Part shown: one piece after another, positions 27,609 to 32,000 of the stretch
Position numbering within the stretch: position 1 is the first letter of the stretch
Layout: each line of letters begins with the position of its first letter
Assembly (NCBI RefSeq): GCF_000354175.2
Contig: NC_022349.1
Span: forward strand, 1,800,001 to 1,832,000
From: Vibrio alginolyticus NBRC 15630 = ATCC 17749
GTDB lineage: Bacteria; Pseudomonadota; Gammaproteobacteria; Enterobacterales; Vibrionaceae
DNA: 32,000 bases
Reading direction: 5' to 3'
Program-made: the position numbers and the translations under genes
The notes under the pieces: generated by a model
Told to the model about the DNA's origin: nothing
The model's database searches: none
The model's input: only the letters and a program-made list of their open reading frames with translations

Positions 27609-28715
27609 TTAATCCATATCGATCTTAACGTTTGCCAAACTGCCCGTAGAGAATGCTTCACCACGCTGCGTTTTCAACATCAAGCGCAGATCATTTGCCG
27701 AGTCGGCACTATGTAGTGCATCCTCTTCGCTGATCTTACCTTGCATCACTAACTTATAAAGAGATTGATCGAACGTCAGCATACCAAACTCATTTGAGCG
27801 AGCCATGGTTGACTTCAACTCATGTAAATCTCCGCGACGAATCAAATCCGACACACGTGGGCTATTTAGCAAGATCTCAAATACACCATGACGTCCCTGC
27901 CCATTTTTATCTCGGATCAGCTGCTGACCAACCACGCCTTTTAGGTTCATCGACAAATCGAACAAGAATTGTTCTTTTTGATCTTTCGGTACCAAGTGAA
28001 GAATGCGCTCTAAAGCTTGGTTTGCATTGTTGGCGTGCAACGTTGCCATACACAGGTGACCCGTTTCGGCGAAGGTCATCGCGTATTCCATTGTTTCACG
28101 GCTACGGATCTCACCAATCAAAATCATATCTGGTGCTTGGCGCAGCGAGTTTTTAAGCGCAACTTCATAGCTTTCCGTATCTAACCCAACTTCGCGTTGA
28201 GTCACGATACAGCGCTTGTGTTCATGCACGAATTCGATCGGATCTTCGACCGTCAAAATGTGCCCGGTTTTATTGCTGTTTCGATAGCCTGTCATCGCCG
28301 CCATGGTGGTCGATTTACCCGATCCAGTAGCACCGACCACCAGCACCAAACCACGCTTAGCTATCGCCAAATCTTGCAACACTAACGGTAACTTTAACTG
28401 CTCAAAAGTAGGAATATTGGTTTCAATACGACGAATCACTGCGCCTGGTAACTCGCGTTGAAAAAAGGCACTCACACGGAAGCGACCACAATCTCTCACA
28501 ATGGCAAAATTCGACTCGCGACTTTTACGAAATTCCTGACGCCGATCTGGTTCCATAGCGCTATCGAGTAATGCAGCCACATCACTCTCGGTGAGTTTTT
28601 CCCCTTGCGGACGCAATTCGCCATCCACACGAAATAGAATTGGCGCTCCAACCGTGATGTAAAGATCCGACGCTTTCAGCGCCAGCATGCCTTCGAGAAA
28701 TTTATCTAGATCCAT
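27609..28715 (-). CDS. pilU: type IV pilus retraction-ATPase paralog PilU
   Basis: 368 aa PilT-family hexameric ATPase. It has Walker A GATGSGKST, Walker B-like MILIGEIRSRET, and a His box (TGHLCMATLHANNA). It begins 30 nt downstream of pilT. Confidence 0.85.
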   Translation of the reverse strand: MDLDKFLEGMLALKASDLYITVGAPILFRVDGELRPQGEKLTESDVAALLDSAMEPDRRQEFRKSRESNFAIVRDCGRFRVSAFFQRELPGAVIRRIETNIPTFEQLKLPLVLQDLAIAKRGLVLVVGATGSGKSTTMAAMTGYRNSNKTGHILTVEDPIEFVHEHKRCIVTQREVGLDTESYEVALKNSLRQAPDMILIGEIRSRETMEYAMTFAETGHLCMATLHANNANQALERILHLVPKDQKEQFLFDLSMNLKGVVGQQLIRDKNGQGRHGVFEILLNSPRVSDLIRRGDLHELKSTMARSNEFGMLTFDQSLYKLVMQGKISEEDALHSADSANDLRLMLKTQRGEAFSTGSLANVKIDMD

Positions 28716-28745
28716 CTTCCGTATTCACCATTATCTGTATGAACG

Positions 28746-29786
28746 TTACGAGAATTGCTGCACTTCTAATCCGATCTTACTATCGACCTCTTCACGGGCA
28801 ACCATGCCTTGCGCCATTAACTGACGAGCATTTTGCTCCATGGTTTGCATGCCGTGAGCCGCACCTGTTTGAATGATCGAATACATCTGCGCGACTTTGT
28901 CTTCGCGGATCAAGTTACGAATCGCAGGCGTTGCCATCATAATTTCATGGCATGCAATACGGCCACCACCATTACGCTTCAGAAGCTTTTGCGCGATAAC
29001 CGAACGAAGGGACTCAGATAGCATCGAGCGGACCATATCTTTATCACTACCAGGAAACACATCGATAATACGGTCAATGGTTTTTGCCGCCGAGCTGGTG
29101 TGCAACGTCCCGAAAACTAAGTGACCCGTTTCTGCCGCCGTTAAGGCAAGGCTGATGGTTTCTTTATCACGCATCTCACCAACCAGAATAACGTCTGGGT
29201 CTTCGCGCAATGCACTACGCAAAGCATTTTGGAAACTATGGGTGTCACGGTGAACTTCACGCTGGTTGATCAAACATTTATTGTTGTTGTGAACAAATTC
29301 AATCGGATCTTCAATTGTGAGTACGTGCTTGTTGTGATTACGGTTAATGTAGTCAACAATGGCTGCTAAGGTCGTCGATTTACCTGAACCTGTTGGGCCA
29401 GTGACCAGAACTAAGCCTTTTTCAGCATTCGCAATTTTTTTGAAGATCTCTGGCGCTTCTAGCTCTTCCAGAGTTGGAATGCTACTTGGAATGGTACGGA
29501 ATACTGCCGCACAACCGCGGGATTGGTTGAAGGCGTTGACACGGAAACGGCCAACGTTATGCAACTCAAAAGAGAAATCGACTTCGAGTTTTTCTTCGAA
29601 CTCACTGCGTTGGGCATCGTTCATGATTTCGAAAACCAAACGATGCACTTCTTGGTGTGTAAACGCTGGAATACCTAGTTTTCTCACATCCCCATCAATA
29701 CGAACCATTGGTGGGACACCTGCAGAAAGATGTAGATCCGAGGCATTATGTTTTACACTAAAATCCAGTAACTCAGTGATATCCAT
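28746..29786 (-). CDS. pilT: type IV pilus twitching-motility retraction ATPase PilT
   Basis: 346 aa. Motifs seen: ASDLHL..G.PP..RI.G, Walker A GPTGSGKST, DVILVGEMRD, TGHLVFGTLHT and the PilT-specific AIRNLIRE. Confidence 0.9.
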   Translation of the reverse strand: MDITELLDFSVKHNASDLHLSAGVPPMVRIDGDVRKLGIPAFTHQEVHRLVFEIMNDAQRSEFEEKLEVDFSFELHNVGRFRVNAFNQSRGCAAVFRTIPSSIPTLEELEAPEIFKKIANAEKGLVLVTGPTGSGKSTTLAAIVDYINRNHNKHVLTIEDPIEFVHNNNKCLINQREVHRDTHSFQNALRSALREDPDVILVGEMRDKETISLALTAAETGHLVFGTLHTSSAAKTIDRIIDVFPGSDKDMVRSMLSESLRSVIAQKLLKRNGGGRIACHEIMMATPAIRNLIREDKVAQMYSIIQTGAAHGMQTMEQNARQLMAQGMVAREEVDSKIGLEVQQFS

Positions 29787-29814
29787 TTAAAATCCTTAAG
29801 TCTAAAGTACAGCT

Positions 29815-30516
29815 ATGAGTAGTATTCAACAAAATATTGAACATATCACCTCTCAAATTCGATATGACGAGCAAAAATGTGGTCGAACTCCAGAGTCAGT
29901 GCAACTTCTAGCGGTAAGCAAAACTAAACCTGTCGAGGCAATTCTCGAAGCCTACCAAGCGGGACAAACCGCCTTTGGTGAAAACTACGTTCAAGAGGGC
30001 GTCAGTAAAGTTCAGCACTTTGCCGAGCATTATCCAGATAATCGAATCGAATGGCACTTCATTGGCCCGATTCAATCGAATAAATCGCGACTTGTTGCTG
30101 AACATTTCGATTGGGTTCACACCATCGATCGAACCAAGATTGCTCAACGCCTGAATGATCAGCGGCCAAGCGAACTTAAACCGCTACAAGTTCTGATTCA
30201 GGTTAACACCAGTGGTGAGGCATCTAAGTCTGGTGTCACTGAAGCGGAAGTATTCGAGCTGGCGGAGTTGATTTCTCGCCTACCCAACCTCACTTTAAGA
30301 GGGTTGATGTCGATTCCTGCCAACGTGTCTGACTACGAATCACAACTCCGTGAATTTCAGAAGTTGGCTACGTTGAAGCAAACACTCGAAGCACAGTTCC
30401 CAGAAATCGATACATTATCAATGGGAATGAGTGGTGATATGACCGCTGCAATCGAAGCTGGTAGTACAATGGTTCGTATTGGAACCGCTATTTTCGGCGC
30501 ACGAGACTACAGCTAA
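29815..30516 (+). CDS. yggS: PLP-binding homeostasis protein YggS
   Basis: 233 aa. Matches E. coli YggS as recalled: LLAVSKTKP (PLP Lys), FGENYVQEG, EWHFIGP.QSNKSRLVAEHFDW.HTIDR, STMVRIGTAIFGARDYS. Confidence 0.9.
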   Translation: MSSIQQNIEHITSQIRYDEQKCGRTPESVQLLAVSKTKPVEAILEAYQAGQTAFGENYVQEGVSKVQHFAEHYPDNRIEWHFIGPIQSNKSRLVAEHFDWVHTIDRTKIAQRLNDQRPSELKPLQVLIQVNTSGEASKSGVTEAEVFELAELISRLPNLTLRGLMSIPANVSDYESQLREFQKLATLKQTLEAQFPEIDTLSMGMSGDMTAAIEAGSTMVRIGTAIFGARDYS

Positions 30517-30675
30517 ATCAACAAAACGCTCACTCGCGACATAAGTTATGTCGTCAATCGTTAGAGCGTAAATGCGCAATCATCTTACTCGCCAATAGGA
30601 GCAGTAAGTAACAGCGGCGCCATTATACACCTGAGCGCACAACAAATTCTAAATATCATGATGGAAATCAGACAA

Positions 30676-31494
30676 ATGGAACATAAAAAAATCGCCTTCA
30701 TTGGTGCTGGCAACATGGTGAGAGCCATTGTTTCCGGCTTGGTTGCTAACGGATACCCAGCGCAAAACATTACCGCGACGGCTCCTTCAGAGGCTCGCCG
30801 CCTTCTGCTAGAACAAGATTTTGGCATCCGTACCACCAGCGATAACATCCAAGCTGCGACCGAGGCGGATGTGGTGGTATTGTCTGTAAAACCGCAAATG
30901 ATGGCTGATGTCTGTAAACCACTGCAATCGATCGATTTCACTAATAAACTGGTGATTTCTATTGCCGCAGGCATCAACTGTTCACGATTGGATGATATGC
31001 TAGCCACCAAATTGAACTTGGTTCGTGTTATGCCAAATACGCCATCACAACTTGGGTTGGGTATGAGTGGGTTATTCGCACCAACTCATGTAACCGAGCA
31101 CGACAAAGCTTTTGCCGCAGAGTTAATGGAAGCGGTCGGTAAAGTATGCTGGGTTGAGCAAGAGTCTGGCATCAATAATGTGATTGCCGCAGCGGGCAGT
31201 GCTCCAGCATACTTCTTCCTGTTTATGGAAGCGATGCAAGCAGAAGCGATTGCGCAAGGCTTTGATAAAGAGACCGCTCGACTATTGGTTCAGCAAGCTG
31301 CACTGGGCGCGGCCAGTATGGTGGTTAGCAACCCAGAAACTGAGCTATCAACCCTGCGTGAGAACGTAACATCGAAAGGTGGGACAACGGCAGAAGCACT
31401 GCGTACATTCAACGAACATCAACTTTCAGATATTGTCGCTAAAGCCATGCAAGCTGCTGTGGCTCGCGCGGAAGAAATGGAAAAACTGTTTTAA
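30676..31494 (+). CDS. proC: pyrroline-5-carboxylate reductase
   Basis: MEHKKIAFIGAGNM parallels E. coli MEKKIGFIGCGNM. Other motifs seen: RVMPNTP, AP.AYFFLFMEAM and T.KGGTT..AL. The ATGs at 30658/30661 are alternative starts but lack an SD and homology support. Confidence 0.9.
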   Translation: MEHKKIAFIGAGNMVRAIVSGLVANGYPAQNITATAPSEARRLLLEQDFGIRTTSDNIQAATEADVVVLSVKPQMMADVCKPLQSIDFTNKLVISIAAGINCSRLDDMLATKLNLVRVMPNTPSQLGLGMSGLFAPTHVTEHDKAFAAELMEAVGKVCWVEQESGINNVIAAAGSAPAYFFLFMEAMQAEAIAQGFDKETARLLVQQAALGAASMVVSNPETELSTLRENVTSKGGTTAEALRTFNEHQLSDIVAKAMQAAVARAEEMEKLF

Positions 31495-31546
31495 TTATGT
31501 GGATGAACTCCGTTTAGTATCATCCATCACTTGTTAAGGGTACCTT

Positions 31547-32000
31547 ATGAATTCAATGAGTTTTCTCATCTCAACCCTATTTGACCTGTACATCATGGTC
31601 GTAATTTTGCGAATTTGGTTGCAAGCTGCGCGCGCAGACTTCTACAACCCATTCTCGCAATTCATAGTAAAAGCGACTCAGCCGGTCATTGGTCCATTGC
31701 GCCGCGTTATCCCTTCCGTGGGGAATATTGACCTAGCAACCGTGTTGTTTGCCTACGTGTTGTGTGTGCTTAAATTTGTCGTGCTTATCCTAATAGCTTC
31801 GAACGGTTCCGTCTCTTTCAGCGCTGACTTCTTATTCTTGGGCTTATTATCATTAATCAAAGCCGCAGGTGGCCTATTGTTCTGGGTACTATTGATCCGT
31901 GCAATTTTGAGCTGGGTAAGCCAAGGCCGCAGCCCTATCGAGTACGTATTCCATCAACTGACCGAGCCAATGTGCGCTCCAATCCGTCGTATTCTTCCGG
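31547..32000 (+). CDS. yggT: YggT family inner-membrane protein (3' end truncated by the window edge)
   Basis: Not in the ORF track. My own translation from the ATG at 31547 is open to the window end: MNSMSFLISTLFDLYIMVVILRIWLQAARADFYNPFSQFIVKATQPVIGPLRRVIP... This is the YggT signature, and the yggS-proC-yggT order is conserved. Confidence 0.8.
   Translation, partial: MNSMSFLISTLFDLYIMVVILRIWLQAARADFYNPFSQFIVKATQPVIGPLRRVIPSVGNIDLATVLFAYVLCVLKFVVLILIASNGSVSFSADFLFLGLLSLIKAAGGLLFWVLLIRAILSWVSQGRSPIEYVFHQLTEPMCAPIRRILP

Noticed and set aside
30585-31010. 141-aa minus-strand ORF overlapping the proC 5' half
   Set aside because: It is antisense to a well-supported proC, has no SD, and its composition is typical of a shadow ORF.
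1-32000. Search for CRISPR arrays, tRNA/rRNA genes, IS elements, integrases, phage or defence islands, and toxin-antitoxin pairs
   Set aside because: I saw no direct-repeat/spacer periodicity, cloverleaf-like sequences, transposase- or integrase-like ORFs, or paired small ORFs. Every ORF longer than 150 aa is accounted for by a housekeeping family.

Overview
This window looks like a conserved core-chromosome segment of a Vibrio-type gammaproteobacterium. That call rests on gene content and on synteny recalled from E. coli and V. cholerae; no database search was run. About 30 intact housekeeping genes are tightly packed. In order they are: ubiI-ubiH-ygfB (-), zapA, 6S RNA (ssrS), ygfA, rpiA and serA (+), a yggE-like gene (-), argP (-) divergent from argO plus a YbaK-like gene (+), mscS, fbaA, pgk and epd (-), irgA (-) divergent from irgB (+), tktA (-) divergent from metK (+), then a DUF2189-like membrane protein, sprT, endA/dns, rsmE, gshB, yqgE and ruvX (+), pilU-pilT (-), and yggS, proC and a truncated yggT (+). 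I found no CRISPR array, tRNA or rRNA gene, transposase, integrase, phage gene or defence-type gene cluster. The only accessory-looking module is irgA/irgB with its Fur box, which is already a known paradigm. I therefore see no convincing novel multi-gene system here. The items worth a second look are modest. (1) A GCAAACGTTT (PurR-type) operator motif recurs upstream of rpiA, serA, fbaA and tktA. (2) A free-standing YbaK-type tRNA-editing domain appears to be co-transcribed with the ArgO exporter. (3) About 250 bp between mscS and fbaA is unexplained and carries nested perfect inverted repeats. (4) Near-identical terminator hairpins bracket the DUF2189-like gene. (5) An orphan 68-codon ORF sits in an AT-rich region at the left edge. 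(6) A long hairpin lies between gshB and yqgE. Several ORF-track starts (ygfA, argP, mscS, pgk, irgB, tktA, the DUF2189-like gene, gshB, proC) are over-extended and are corrected below.
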